Assembly: GCA_945875845.1 (NCBI GenBank)
Contig: CAMCMB010000036.1
Span: forward strand, 2,053 to 66,052
Reading direction: 5' to 3'
DNA: 64,000 bases
Source: Pirellula staleyi DSM 6068
GTDB taxonomy: Bacteria > Planctomycetota > Planctomycetia > Pirellulales > Pirellulaceae
The stretch's first letter is position 1; every line of letters begins with the position of its first letter. Made by a program: the position numbers and the translations under genes. The notes beneath the pieces are model-generated. The model ran no database searches. It had not been told where the DNA came from and was given only the letters and a program-made list of their open reading frames with translations. Shown here piece after piece: positions 37,001 to 46,276 of this stretch.

Positions 37001-40000
37001 TTGTTCGCAGTCCTGATTGCTGTGATTAGTTTGCTAGGGGAACTTTTTGTGTTGGATTTAACCCGATTTCACGCTCCATTCAATCCTCCCAAGTCCACAT
37101 TGGTGGACGTGCTCCGATATTGGGCGAACACTCAGCCCAACAAGGTTGCCTTTTATTACACGGACGGTGAAACCGACGAAGACACGTCGATCACCTTTGC
37201 GGAGTTAGACCACGTAGCTCGCGCCGTGGCAGTCAAAATTCTTGAGACGAATAAACCCGGCTCACGTGGATTGCTGCTTTACCCACCTGGGGCAGATGAG
37301 TTCGTCACTGGTTTTTTTGGCTGTTTGTATGCAGGCTGCATTTGCGTTCCTGCTTATCCGCCTCGCCGCAGCCGAAAGGGAGCTCGAATTCAAGGTATCG
37401 CTCACGACTGCCAAGCCGAGTTTGCACTGACGACCAGCGAGACGATTTCGCAAATTCTCAAGGAGGAATCGACCCGAGAGGAGACTGCATCCATGCAGTT
37501 AATCTCCACCGATGCCATCGATAGGTCGCTCGCGATCCAATTCTCGGAAATGCCGATACCGCCCTCGGACCTTGCTGTGCTGCAGTACACGTCGGGTTCA
37601 ACGGGGCAGCCCAAGGGTGTGATGCTAACCCATTCCAACCTGATTCGAAATTGTGAAATGATCACCGCCCTATTCGACGGAACCAATAATGCAATAGGCG
37701 TCAGTTGGTTGCCCATGTATCACGACATGGGGTTGGTAGGGGGCGTCCTCTCGCCGATGTACATGGGGCTCAGCATGGTACTGATGAGTCCGATGTCTTT
37801 CATGCAGCGCCCGGTGCGTTGGCTAAAGACGCTGTCCAAATACAAAGGTACAACGAGCGGTGGACCGAACTTCGCATACCAGCTTTGCGTGGACAAGGTG
37901 ACCGAAGAAGAGATGCAAGGACTGGACTTAAGCTCATGGTCTTTGGCGTTTAACGGTGCCGAACCGGTTCGAGCCAACACGCTAGAGCAGTTTAGCCGCA
38001 AGTTCGAACGCGTTGGGTTTTCGCACACCTCCCATTTTCCTTGCTATGGAATGGCCGAAACGACGCTGATTGTGACGGGCGGCCCACGGCAGTGCCCGCC
38101 GGTCATCAAGCACTTTGATGGCCGATGTCTTGACGCTCGGATGGTAAAGCCTGTCCGAGAAGACGCGCCCGATGCTCGCAGTTTGGTCGGTTGCGGTCGT
38201 GCCACCGAGAATGAATCACTGATTATCGTGGATACAGAAACACACAAGTCCTTGCCAGAAGATTCCATAGGCGAGATCTGGATTCAAAGTCCAAGCGTTG
38301 GCAAAGGCTATTGGGAAAAAGAGGAATTGTCGCAAAGCAACTTCCAAGCGAGAACGGCCGACGGTGACGGCCCCTACTTGCGAACTGGCGACTTGGGTTT
38401 TTGGAGCGATGGACAACTCTATGTTGCGGGTCGCGTGAAAGACTTGATCATTGTCCGCGGGGTAAATCGCTATCCACAGGATATCGAGCAAACGGTAGAA
38501 GAATGTCATGAGTCCATTTCCTCGTCAGCCGCTGCCGCGTTTGCGGATGACACAGGACCTCGAGAACGACTCATTATTGCGGTCGAAGTTCAACGTTCGC
38601 TGGAAGACGATTGGAACCCAGTGGTCTATGCGATTCGGCGGAGCGTAACCCAAAGTCATGAGCTTCCACCGGATGCAGTGGTGCTTGTTCGTCACGGATC
38701 TTTGCCTCGCACTTCTTCTGGCAAGATTCAGCGGCATGCGTGCTTGAAAGATTTCCGCGAAGGAAATTTGCGGGTCATTCATCAATGGCTATCGTGGGAT
38801 GACAATTTGCCAGAACAAACCCCGATGATCGCCGCCGCGACAGTCGATGACCTTCGCTCGGGATTCCGAGGGCGCGGCAACTACGGTTCAGCTCTACCGC
38901 ACAAGAAAAAACGCGACCCGGATATCGATGTCGTGGAACTTGTAAAGCGGGCTGTCAAAAACGTTGCCCAAGAGCGAGCCAAATTACTCGATCTCGACAC
39001 CAATATTGTTGTGGACTTGGGACTCGACAGTCTAGAACGTCTGCAAATTGCACATGTGCTTGAGAGCTCGGTCGGGGGTCGTTTTCCCGAAGAAGTCTTG
39101 CAAGAAATTGAAACCGTACGAGAAATCGCCGAAGCGATCGAAGAGCACTTCGGAAAGGATCGCATTCGAACGGATGTTGTCTCCGAGCACGACGCAGAAC
39201 CGGTCAAGCGAGAAGTTGCCCCAGAGGACTATCGTTTTGATTTGATCCCAGAGTATCGACGGTTGAGACAGACCATGGGCCAATTCGAAATGACGGGATT
39301 GCCCAATCCCTATTTCTCGATTCACCAAGGCCTGACTCGCGATACGACGATGGTCGATGGGCGCCAGCTCATTAGCTTTGCGAGCTACAATTATCTTGGA
39401 ATGAGCGGCGATCCCTTTGTTACCCAAGCTGTCGTGGAAGCTGTCCAAAAGTACGGGACCAGCGTTTCCGCTTCGCGATTAGTCAGTGGCGAAAAGGACA
39501 TCCACCGACAACTGGAACGTTCGATCGCGGATTGGATTGGGGTCGAGGATTCTATCGTTCTGGTAGGAGGTCACTCGACCAACGAAACGGTCATCGGGCA
39601 CGTTGTCGGACAACAAGATTTGATCCTGCACGATTCGCTTTCGCATAACAGCATCGTCCAAGGTGCAATCTTGTCCGGTAGTCGCCGCCGAGCGTTTCCC
39701 CACAACGACTTCGTCGCACTTGACGAAGCTCTTACTGAACTGCGCACGCGATATCGCCGAGTCCTCGTCATCGTCGAAGGGGTCTATAGTATGGACGGTG
39801 ACTTTCCGAACCTTCCGAAGTTCATCGAGATCTGCAAAAAACACAAGTGCTGGTTGATGGTTGACGAAGCCCACTCGATCGGAACGATGGGTGCACATGG
39901 ACGTGGAATCGCGGAGCACTTTGGTGTCAACCCGCAGGACGTCGATATATGGATGGGAACTCTTAGCAAATCCTTTGGGTCGTGCGGCGGATACATCGCT

Positions 40001-40471
40001 GGCCGAAAAGAATTGGTCGAATTCCTGAAGTACACAGCTCCGGGATTCGTATTTAGTGTGGGTTTGTCGCCGAGCAACACCGCGGCAGCCATCGCTTCTC
40101 TGCAAGTTCTCAAGCGCGAGCCGACGCGAGTCACACGGCTCAAGGACGCATCCCGACTGTTCTTGACGGAAGCAAAGAAACGCGGACTCAATACGGGTAG
40201 CAGCGGTGAGACAGCGGTGATTCCCGTGATTACGGGCAATTCGTTGCACGCCTTACAGCTATCGAGACGGATGATTGAATCGGGCGTCAATGTACAACCG
40301 ATTTTGTATCCGGCAGTCGAAGAGTCCGCGACTCGTCTTCGGTTCTTTATCAATTCGACGCATACGAACCAACAGATACTTTATGCCGTCGACAAATGTG
40401 CAGAGCATTTGCAAGCGATCGCGCCCGAGTATTTCCGATCAAGCCCGCCCGAGCCCGCGATGGCAGGATGA
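37001..40471 (+). CDS. Tri-domain fatty acyl-AMP ligase (FAAL) - acyl carrier protein - alpha-oxoamine synthase (AONS/SPT family, PLP-dependent)
   Basis: FAAL cores LQYTSGSTGQPKGVMLTH and YLRTGDLGF..GRVKDLIIVRGVNRYPQDIE. ACP motif DLGLDSLERLQI (Ser codon 39029-39031). AOS block GTLSKSFGSCGGYIAG (Lys codon 39968-39970). The exact start is uncertain (non-ATG at 37001). Confidence 0.85.
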   Translation: MFAVLIAVISLLGELFVLDLTRFHAPFNPPKSTLVDVLRYWANTQPNKVAFYYTDGETDEDTSITFAELDHVARAVAVKILETNKPGSRGLLLYPPGADEFVTGFFGCLYAGCICVPAYPPRRSRKGARIQGIAHDCQAEFALTTSETISQILKEESTREETASMQLISTDAIDRSLAIQFSEMPIPPSDLAVLQYTSGSTGQPKGVMLTHSNLIRNCEMITALFDGTNNAIGVSWLPMYHDMGLVGGVLSPMYMGLSMVLMSPMSFMQRPVRWLKTLSKYKGTTSGGPNFAYQLCVDKVTEEEMQGLDLSSWSLAFNGAEPVRANTLEQFSRKFERVGFSHTSHFPCYGMAETTLIVTGGPRQCPPVIKHFDGRCLDARMVKPVREDAPDARSLVGCGRATENESLIIVDTETHKSLPEDSIGEIWIQSPSVGKGYWEKEELSQSNFQARTADGDGPYLRTGDLGFWSDGQLYVAGRVKDLIIVRGVNRYPQDIEQTVEECHESISSSAAAAFADDTGPRERLIIAVEVQRSLEDDWNPVVYAIRRSVTQSHELPPDAVVLVRHGSLPRTSSGKIQRHACLKDFREGNLRVIHQWLSWDDNLPEQTPMIAAATVDDLRSGFRGRGNYGSALPHKKKRDPDIDVVELVKRAVKNVAQERAKLLDLDTNIVVDLGLDSLERLQIAHVLESSVGGRFPEEVLQEIETVREIAEAIEEHFGKDRIRTDVVSEHDAEPVKREVAPEDYRFDLIPEYRRLRQTMGQFEMTGLPNPYFSIHQGLTRDTTMVDGRQLISFASYNYLGMSGDPFVTQAVVEAVQKYGTSVSASRLVSGEKDIHRQLERSIADWIGVEDSIVLVGGHSTNETVIGHVVGQQDLILHDSLSHNSIVQGAILSGSRRRAFPHNDFVALDEALTELRTRYRRVLVIVEGVYSMDGDFPNLPKFIEICKKHKCWLMVDEAHSIGTMGAHGRGIAEHFGVNPQDVDIWMGTLSKSFGSCGGYIAGRKELVEFLKYTAPGFVFSVGLSPSNTAAAIASLQVLKREPTRVTRLKDASRLFLTEAKKRGLNTGSSGETAVIPVITGNSLHALQLSRRMIESGVNVQPILYPAVEESATRLRFFINSTHTNQQILYAVDKCAEHLQAIAPEYFRSSPPEPAMAG

Positions 40472-41178
40472 TGCCGAACGAGGATACCAATGACGAAGAG
40501 GCGAGAGGTACTCGCCCGCGTTCCGGGGCAATGCAACCCAATTACGTCCCAGTCGCGACCGTGACGCGATTGGCTTTGTATCTGCGAGAATTGCAACAGT
40601 TGCAGAGATCCGGCGCTCAGCGAATTCAAAGTGGTGCGATCGCAAAACGTCTCGGACTCAACGACTCCCAAGTGCGTCGTGATTTGTCTTGCTTTGGGCA
40701 ATTTGGTCAGCGCGGAGTAGGCTACGACATCGCTGGTTTAATGAAAGCCATTCAGGTGATTCTTGGGACCGATCGTTCTTGGAATGTGATTTTGGTCGGA
40801 GCCGGTAACCTGGGCCGAGCGTTGTCGGGATACCGAGGCTTTGATCAACAAGGCTTCCGATTGGTCGGGGTCTTCGATTGCTCCAATGAGAAAATAGGGT
40901 CCAAATTAGGTAAGCTCGTGATTCGCTCGCTGGATGATCTTGAGCCAGTGGTCGAGAAAGAAATGGTCGAACTCGCAATCGTCGCCGTACCCGCCGAGTC
41001 GGCCATTGCCGTTGCCCAGCGGCTTGAAATTGCCGGCATCACCGGAATACTTAACTTCGCTCCGGTTACCGTACGAAGACCCACGAGCCGCCTTACCGTG
41101 GTCGACGTCGACTTGGCGGTTGAACTGCAACGACTGGCATTCGCCGTGGTGAATAAAAACAAAGTGTCGGAGGGATAG
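40468..41178 (+). CDS. rex: Redox-sensing transcriptional repressor Rex
   Basis: RLALYLRELQQLQRSG...SQVRRDLSCFGQFGQRGVGYDI and the Rossmann motif ILVGAGNLGRAL. ATG 40468 overlaps the upstream stop (ATGA). Confidence 0.9.
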   Translation: MMPNEDTNDEEARGTRPRSGAMQPNYVPVATVTRLALYLRELQQLQRSGAQRIQSGAIAKRLGLNDSQVRRDLSCFGQFGQRGVGYDIAGLMKAIQVILGTDRSWNVILVGAGNLGRALSGYRGFDQQGFRLVGVFDCSNEKIGSKLGKLVIRSLDDLEPVVEKEMVELAIVAVPAESAIAVAQRLEIAGITGILNFAPVTVRRPTSRLTVVDVDLAVELQRLAFAVVNKNKVSEG

Positions 41179-41194
41179 GGTTAGACGGTCTGTT

Positions 41195-41412
41195 TTGCCC
41201 CTTCAGGGCGATTCGTGTCGTGTTGGGTTGGTTACCCAGGGCGGCGCTTCGCTCAGCCCTGGGCTATGTTGTTTAAGCCCGTTGGGCTATCGAATCCATA
41301 AGCCCAGCGGCTACCGAACACCTGGCCCCTGCGGGCTCGGAGATAAATTTGGTTTGGCTTTTGCATTTCGCCCCGAATGGGGCGGCAATGTTAAGCCCGT
41401 TGGGCTATCCTC
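41195..41412. repeat. Palindromic repeat mosaic
   Basis: 19-nt direct repeat TTAAGCCCGTTGGGCTATC at 41273-41291 and 41391-41409. Hairpins CCCAGGGC..GCCCTGGG and CGCCCC-GAAT-GGGGCG. Confidence 0.8.
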
Positions 41413-41414
41413 CA

Positions 41415-42569
41415 TCATCCAGGTCCATTGAGCCACATCCATAGCTTTTTACCGGACGAACTGAGAGCAAGCTCTGCCAGAGGGTCTTGATCCGCCCACT
41501 CGATTTCGATCGCGGAGTTCCATTGGGTCCTGTGACCGTCCTCTATCTGGGCTTCGAAACTATTGAGTGTGATTCGATAGCGTGTCACTGCATGTTTCAA
41601 CGTATGCAGCTCTTTGCCAATGAGAACGGGGCGACCGAATCGTTCCTGAAAAAGCTCAGCCAGTCGCTTGCGGACCGACGAGCAACCCGAGTAGCCAGTG
41701 ATGTCGAAACGCGGAAAATCCCAAAGCCCTGCCCATCGTTCGTCCGCTGCACAGCGTCGCATCAGGATGCGTCCTCGCCGATCGCGGATGACCAACGCGG
41801 CCTCTTCCAAGTCCGTAAACTCCTTCGGCTTTTTTGGGGCGGGGATGGTTGCATGCCGTCCGCTGGAAAAGGTAGGACAGAGCGATTGCAACGGACAGAT
41901 CGCGCAAAGAGGATTTTTGGGCAGGCAGATTTGTGAACCGATTTCCATCAATGCTTGATTTGTTTGGCCACTCCCGGATTGCTTGGGTAGGACTTGCTCG
42001 GCGAATGACCATAGCTGCACTTGCGATTCCTTGGACGTCGTTTCGGCGCTGAGATGCAGCAGTCTTGCATAAAGTCGTTGGGTGTTCGCTTCCACGATCG
42101 GCAAGCGTTGATCGCTCGAAAACGAAAGGATGGCTCCAGCCGTGTATCGACCAATGCCGGGCAACGCGAGTACTTTGGAAAAGTCCTTAGGGAAAAGACC
42201 GTCGTGTTCTTGAACGATTGCGTTGGCCGCTTGGTGCAATTGGCGAGCCCGCCGGTAGTATCCTAGGCCAGCCCAGTGCTGATAGACTTCATCCAGGGTC
42301 GAGTTTGCGAGAATTGCGACGCTTGGAAAGCGGGCTAGGAATCGCAAGAAAAAAGGGATCACCGTCGCAACCTGCGTTTGTTGCAGCATGATCTCGCTGA
42401 CCCAGATGGCATAGGGGTCCGACGTGGCGCGCCAAGGCAGTTCTCGCCCATGCTGGACATACCATGCCACTGCTTTGCTTCGGAGTTTTCGCAGTTCAGC
42501 CGTTGACCAAGTCGTTGTTTCGGTGCTCACTACTTTAGCGGTCTCTCGGAATCTCTTGTCTCCGTCCAA
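41415..42569 (-). CDS. mutY: A/G-specific adenine DNA glycosylase
   Basis: LPWRATSDPYAIWVSEIMLQQTQVATVIPFF, WAGLGYYRRARQL, a Cys cluster C..P..PLCAICPLQSLC, and a NUDIX-like C-terminal domain. Confidence 0.9.
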   Translation of the reverse strand: MDGDKRFRETAKVVSTETTTWSTAELRKLRSKAVAWYVQHGRELPWRATSDPYAIWVSEIMLQQTQVATVIPFFLRFLARFPSVAILANSTLDEVYQHWAGLGYYRRARQLHQAANAIVQEHDGLFPKDFSKVLALPGIGRYTAGAILSFSSDQRLPIVEANTQRLYARLLHLSAETTSKESQVQLWSFAEQVLPKQSGSGQTNQALMEIGSQICLPKNPLCAICPLQSLCPTFSSGRHATIPAPKKPKEFTDLEEAALVIRDRRGRILMRRCAADERWAGLWDFPRFDITGYSGCSSVRKRLAELFQERFGRPVLIGKELHTLKHAVTRYRITLNSFEAQIEDGHRTQWNSAIEIEWADQDPLAELALSSSGKKLWMWLNGPG

Positions 42570-43878
42570 GCGTGACCGGCAGCGTCAAAGTCTCTCGCTT
42601 TTCCTTTGTTTGAAGTCGGCCTCTGAGGCGTTCAAGCTCCTCCCGGGTTAACCTTGCGTCATCTGGCAACTCCGTTTTGTCAGGCAACTCAAAGGCATAG
42701 GAGACTCGCTCCAACTCAATCACGACTTGTTCACCTACCGCAAACTTGGCGAGTTCGCGCCGCAGGTCTTCGAAAACGGTCACGGGAATATTGTTGATGC
42801 GACGAATTCGATCGTTTCTCCGTAGACCGGCTATCTCGGCTGCACCGGAGACCGTATCGATAATGACAGATGTCGCCTGACATTGGACACCCAAAAAACC
42901 TCCACGAGCAAAGACAAAATCCACCCCATCAATTCTAGACCTCAGTTCTTGTTGGCCGTCTTGAGTGAGATTGGTACCGAACAAATAAAAATCCCCTAAC
43001 ACTGGCACCCGACTCAGTACATCCACTGCTTCGTCGCCGATCGAGCTGTAAATGATTTCGAGCAAATCCAAGTCTGGGGCTTCCGTCAAAGCCTCGAGGT
43101 CTTCCGAACGCAACTCGGTTTGAACCAATTGAAGTCGTTTTAGGCCTCGCATCTTGGCGACATGCTTCAACACCTCCCGATTGATCTTGGGCCCTTCGAG
43201 TTTCACGAACTCAACGTCCGATAACCATTTCAGACATTCCAAATCCGAATCTGTCCCAGGAAAGTTTGTTTCAATGACCAATGCATTGCGAACATAAACG
43301 CGCGACGAGATCACTTGGAAATAGCGGTCGCGAAGCTCGATCTGCAGCCTTTGTAGCCGGTCCAGTGATAATTCTCTCTGCTCGTCGCCGATCACCTGAA
43401 GAATTTTCTGTGCTCGCATCGCCTTGCTAGTCGTTCGCGCTGCCGCGACTTTTTCAATGGCGTTGTATGCAATGTCGCCATCCGGGCTGTTTGGGTCTGC
43501 GGCAATCGAGGAAAGAAACTGGAACAGCCGATCGGCTTTCTCTCCGCTTGCATTTTCGAGGGCCGATATTGCGAACGGAACTGCTTCTGCTTTGTGGCGA
43601 ATGAACAGGATTGTTGCGAGCTGGCGCTGCGAGTAGTCGTCGGATGCCATGTCCGAGATCCAAGCTTCGAACTGCTGAGCCGATGGCTTTTCTAAGTCAC
43701 TTTGTGCCGACGCGGATCGGACTGTAGCTGACGCGAAAAGGGCGATGACTAGCAACCGACAAATATTTTGAGGGAAAGAATTGCAGCGAACCCCGCTTGT
43801 AGGATGTCGGCCTTGTGAGTCACAATGCGACGCGCAGTCTTGGCTGCACTGAGGAATTGGAATCGTTTTCGAACTCAT
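42535..43878 (-). CDS. Secreted leucine-rich-repeat + C-terminal PDZ domain protein
   Basis: Signal-like LLVIALFASATVRSASA. LRR-like LKWLSDVEFVKLEG..LKRLQLVQTELRSEDLEAL. PDZ GFLGVQC...VSGAAEIAGLRRNDRIRRINNIPV. The 3' end overlaps the annotated mutY start by 35 nt. Confidence 0.65.
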   Translation of the reverse strand: MSSKTIPIPQCSQDCASHCDSQGRHPTSGVRCNSFPQNICRLLVIALFASATVRSASAQSDLEKPSAQQFEAWISDMASDDYSQRQLATILFIRHKAEAVPFAISALENASGEKADRLFQFLSSIAADPNSPDGDIAYNAIEKVAAARTTSKAMRAQKILQVIGDEQRELSLDRLQRLQIELRDRYFQVISSRVYVRNALVIETNFPGTDSDLECLKWLSDVEFVKLEGPKINREVLKHVAKMRGLKRLQLVQTELRSEDLEALTEAPDLDLLEIIYSSIGDEAVDVLSRVPVLGDFYLFGTNLTQDGQQELRSRIDGVDFVFARGGFLGVQCQATSVIIDTVSGAAEIAGLRRNDRIRRINNIPVTVFEDLRRELAKFAVGEQVVIELERVSYAFELPDKTELPDDARLTREELERLRGRLQTKEKRETLTLPVTLGRRQEIPRDR

Positions 43879-43947
43879 TCGACTTGCTTTCGATAACAGC
43901 CAAAGTGTTTTTAGGCGAACGGCGGATGGAAAACGATCAATCTTAAC

Positions 43948-43988
43948 CCGACGCGTAAGCGAGGGACAGTCCCTCGCTTACGCGTCGG
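43948..43988. repeat. 41-bp perfect palindrome in a divergent promoter region
   Basis: CCGACGCGTAAGCGAGGGAC-A-GTCCCTCGCTTACGCGTCGG (arms 43948-43967 and 43969-43988). It belongs to the TAAGCGAGGGAC repeat family also seen at about 19160, 63569 and 63725. Confidence 0.9.
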
Positions 43989-44041
43989 ACGGGGATATTC
44001 AATACTGCCTCTCGCTATAGAACTTTTTAGGAATAACTCTG

Positions 44042-44962
44042 ATGGAACATAGTTTTATTGCATGGGCCAAACAACGCGCCGCCCGTTTGCCGAAAGTTAA
44101 GCTCGGCATCGGTGACGATTGTGCATTGATGGGATTCGAATCAATGAATTCCGCGGAATCTGACTTGGTTGTAACGACAGATTCACTTTGCGACGGAACA
44201 CACTTTATTCTATCCGAATGTGGAGCCCAAGCGGCAGGCCGAAAATTGATGGCGGTCAACTTAAGCGATTTAGCGAGCATGGCCGCCAAACCGCTAGCGG
44301 TCTTCCTTTCACTGTGTTTACCCAAGGAAAATGCGGGTGACATCGCTGCCGGCGTGTTTGAGGGCGTGCATGAACTGGCCGCCAAATATCAAGTTTCCAT
44401 CGCAGGAGGGGATACCAATGTTTGGAAAGGACCGCTTTGCATCCACCTGACCGCCATTGGCAAAGTAGCGTCAGGAGCGGCTTGGCTGAGAAGCGGAGCG
44501 TCCTCGGGAGACGCAATTGTGGTCACCGGAAGCCTTGGAGGGAGCATTCTCGGCAAGCATTTGACGTTTGAGCCAAGATTGCAGTTGGCGGAAGAACTGA
44601 GCCGCTTGGGAGTGGTATCCGCGGCGACCGATATCAGCGATGGACTCGGTATTGATTTGCTCAACATGACGGTCGCCAGCAAATGCGGCGCAGAAGTTTT
44701 CTTGGATCAAATCCCAATTAGCTCCGATGCGGAAAAAAGCGCCATGCAATCGGGTCGCAGTCCGCTCGATCATGCACTCGGAGACGGGGAAGACTTTGAA
44801 TTGCTGCTGGCTGTCCCGCAATCGCAGCTTGATAGGCTACCTCCCGAGATCTGCGGTGTACCGCTCACCCGTATCGGCAATTTCGTAAACCGCACAGGGC
44901 TCTGGGCTCGCGACAAGCACGGAGTGCGGCAATTGCCCCCTCGCGGATATGTGCACTCGTAG
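44042..44962 (+). CDS. thiL: Thiamine-monophosphate kinase
   Basis: LGIGDDCALM...LVVTTDSLCDGTHF...GRKLMAVNLSDLASMAAKPLAVFLSLCLP. Confidence 0.9.
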   Translation: MEHSFIAWAKQRAARLPKVKLGIGDDCALMGFESMNSAESDLVVTTDSLCDGTHFILSECGAQAAGRKLMAVNLSDLASMAAKPLAVFLSLCLPKENAGDIAAGVFEGVHELAAKYQVSIAGGDTNVWKGPLCIHLTAIGKVASGAAWLRSGASSGDAIVVTGSLGGSILGKHLTFEPRLQLAEELSRLGVVSAATDISDGLGIDLLNMTVASKCGAEVFLDQIPISSDAEKSAMQSGRSPLDHALGDGEDFELLLAVPQSQLDRLPPEICGVPLTRIGNFVNRTGLWARDKHGVRQLPPRGYVHS

Positions 44963-44972
44963 AGTGACTGAT

Positions 44973-44996
44973 GGTCGCACCCGGCAGGTGGCGACC
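44973..44996. terminator. Possible bidirectional terminator hairpin between convergent genes
   Basis: GGTCGCAC-CCGGCAG-GTGGCGACC. Imperfect stem and no strong U-tract. Confidence 0.3.
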
Positions 44997-45040
44997 TAAC
45001 GTAGGTCACTCTTGCCGAGAGTGACTTTGCACGTCTCATT

Positions 45041-46273
45041 TTACAATGGACTGAGCGATGCTTTTTCAAACTCGTTCATCCAATCGAACGACTGCTTGAG
45101 GTTCGCCCAACGAGAACTTAATTGCAACAATTGACGCTCAATTTCCGAGCGTTGATCTTCGGCTTTCGATACATCAGAGTTATTTGCGGCACCTTTGCTA
45201 GCTAGGACCTTTGTTTGGTCGAAAGCTTCTGTGGCGTTTTCTAACTGCCGTTGTACGAGCTTTTGCTCCTTATCAATGACATCCAGGTTGTTTTTAAACT
45301 GCAACTTCTCAAAATCCCAACCGGCACGCGTTTCGTCAATCGAGCTTTGCAATTGGATCGCACGTCGGCTTGGGTTCGGAATCTGATCGATCGCGTTCTC
45401 GTCTGCGAGATCCTTTAATAGTTGCTTGAGCCTAAAACCGATCGCAATGAACGATTTCTGTGAGGTTTGGTTCTGTGAGGTTAGGTCTGTCGAATTCGAA
45501 CCGATATCAGAGACATCACTTTTCAGGACAAAGTTTTGGTCGCTGCTTTCCGATTTGGGTGCTGTCGGCGGCGGAACGGTAATGTCGTTTGGGGGTAGGG
45601 AAGAATTCGGAATGCCGGGTGGCGGAAGAGTAGTTGAGGGACTTTGGCCAGAAGGACTAAAAGGAAAATCGTATGGAACCGACATTGCAATCGGATCCCA
45701 ACCAAGTTCGTCCAGTTGTCCTGTCAACTCCTTGATCCGGCGCTCAATGATCTGCGACTTGAGCTTCTCACGTTTTTCGATTAGCTCCTGAGTTTTTTGT
45801 ACTTCCCCCTGAAGTTTCATAAGTTGGGATACATGACTTTTTTGTCGAGCGTCAAACGACTCCGTCAGCTTCGATTGAAGTTCACGATTGAGTCGTTCGC
45901 GTTTTTCGGAATTGGCAGAAAGAAACTCGATGGCAAGACGTTGCACCTCTGCGTCCAATGCACTTCCTGGAAACCGTTCAGTAGATTGCGGGATTCGCGA
46001 TTGTGGGACTGGCGATGGCATCGACAAACTGTACACGGGGCTTCCCATCATCGCAGGAGGACTACTTTCATATCTTGACTGGAATTCTCGTACGGCCCTG
46101 GCTTGATCCTCTTGTGATCGTACCATCTCGGCTCGTGCCCTGCTCATGAAAATGCCGAACGCGATGAGCAATCCCAACGCCAAACAGCCAAACAGCGATA
46201 AGACGATCGTGATCGCGCCAAAAAAGCGTTTTACCGGGGCTCGACCGGCTGCGACATTTGTTTCGTTTTCCAT
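45041..46273 (-). CDS. Membrane-anchored coiled-coil protein (function unknown)
   Basis: N-terminal TM ITIVLSLFGCLALGLLIAFGIFM, long heptad-like segments, and a Pro/Ser-rich linker. Starts 3 nt after the kinase stop. Confidence 0.65.
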   Translation of the reverse strand: MENETNVAAGRAPVKRFFGAITIVLSLFGCLALGLLIAFGIFMSRARAEMVRSQEDQARAVREFQSRYESSPPAMMGSPVYSLSMPSPVPQSRIPQSTERFPGSALDAEVQRLAIEFLSANSEKRERLNRELQSKLTESFDARQKSHVSQLMKLQGEVQKTQELIEKREKLKSQIIERRIKELTGQLDELGWDPIAMSVPYDFPFSPSGQSPSTTLPPPGIPNSSLPPNDITVPPPTAPKSESSDQNFVLKSDVSDIGSNSTDLTSQNQTSQKSFIAIGFRLKQLLKDLADENAIDQIPNPSRRAIQLQSSIDETRAGWDFEKLQFKNNLDVIDKEQKLVQRQLENATEAFDQTKVLASKGAANNSDVSKAEDQRSEIERQLLQLSSRWANLKQSFDWMNEFEKASLSPL

Positions 46274-46276
46274 GGT

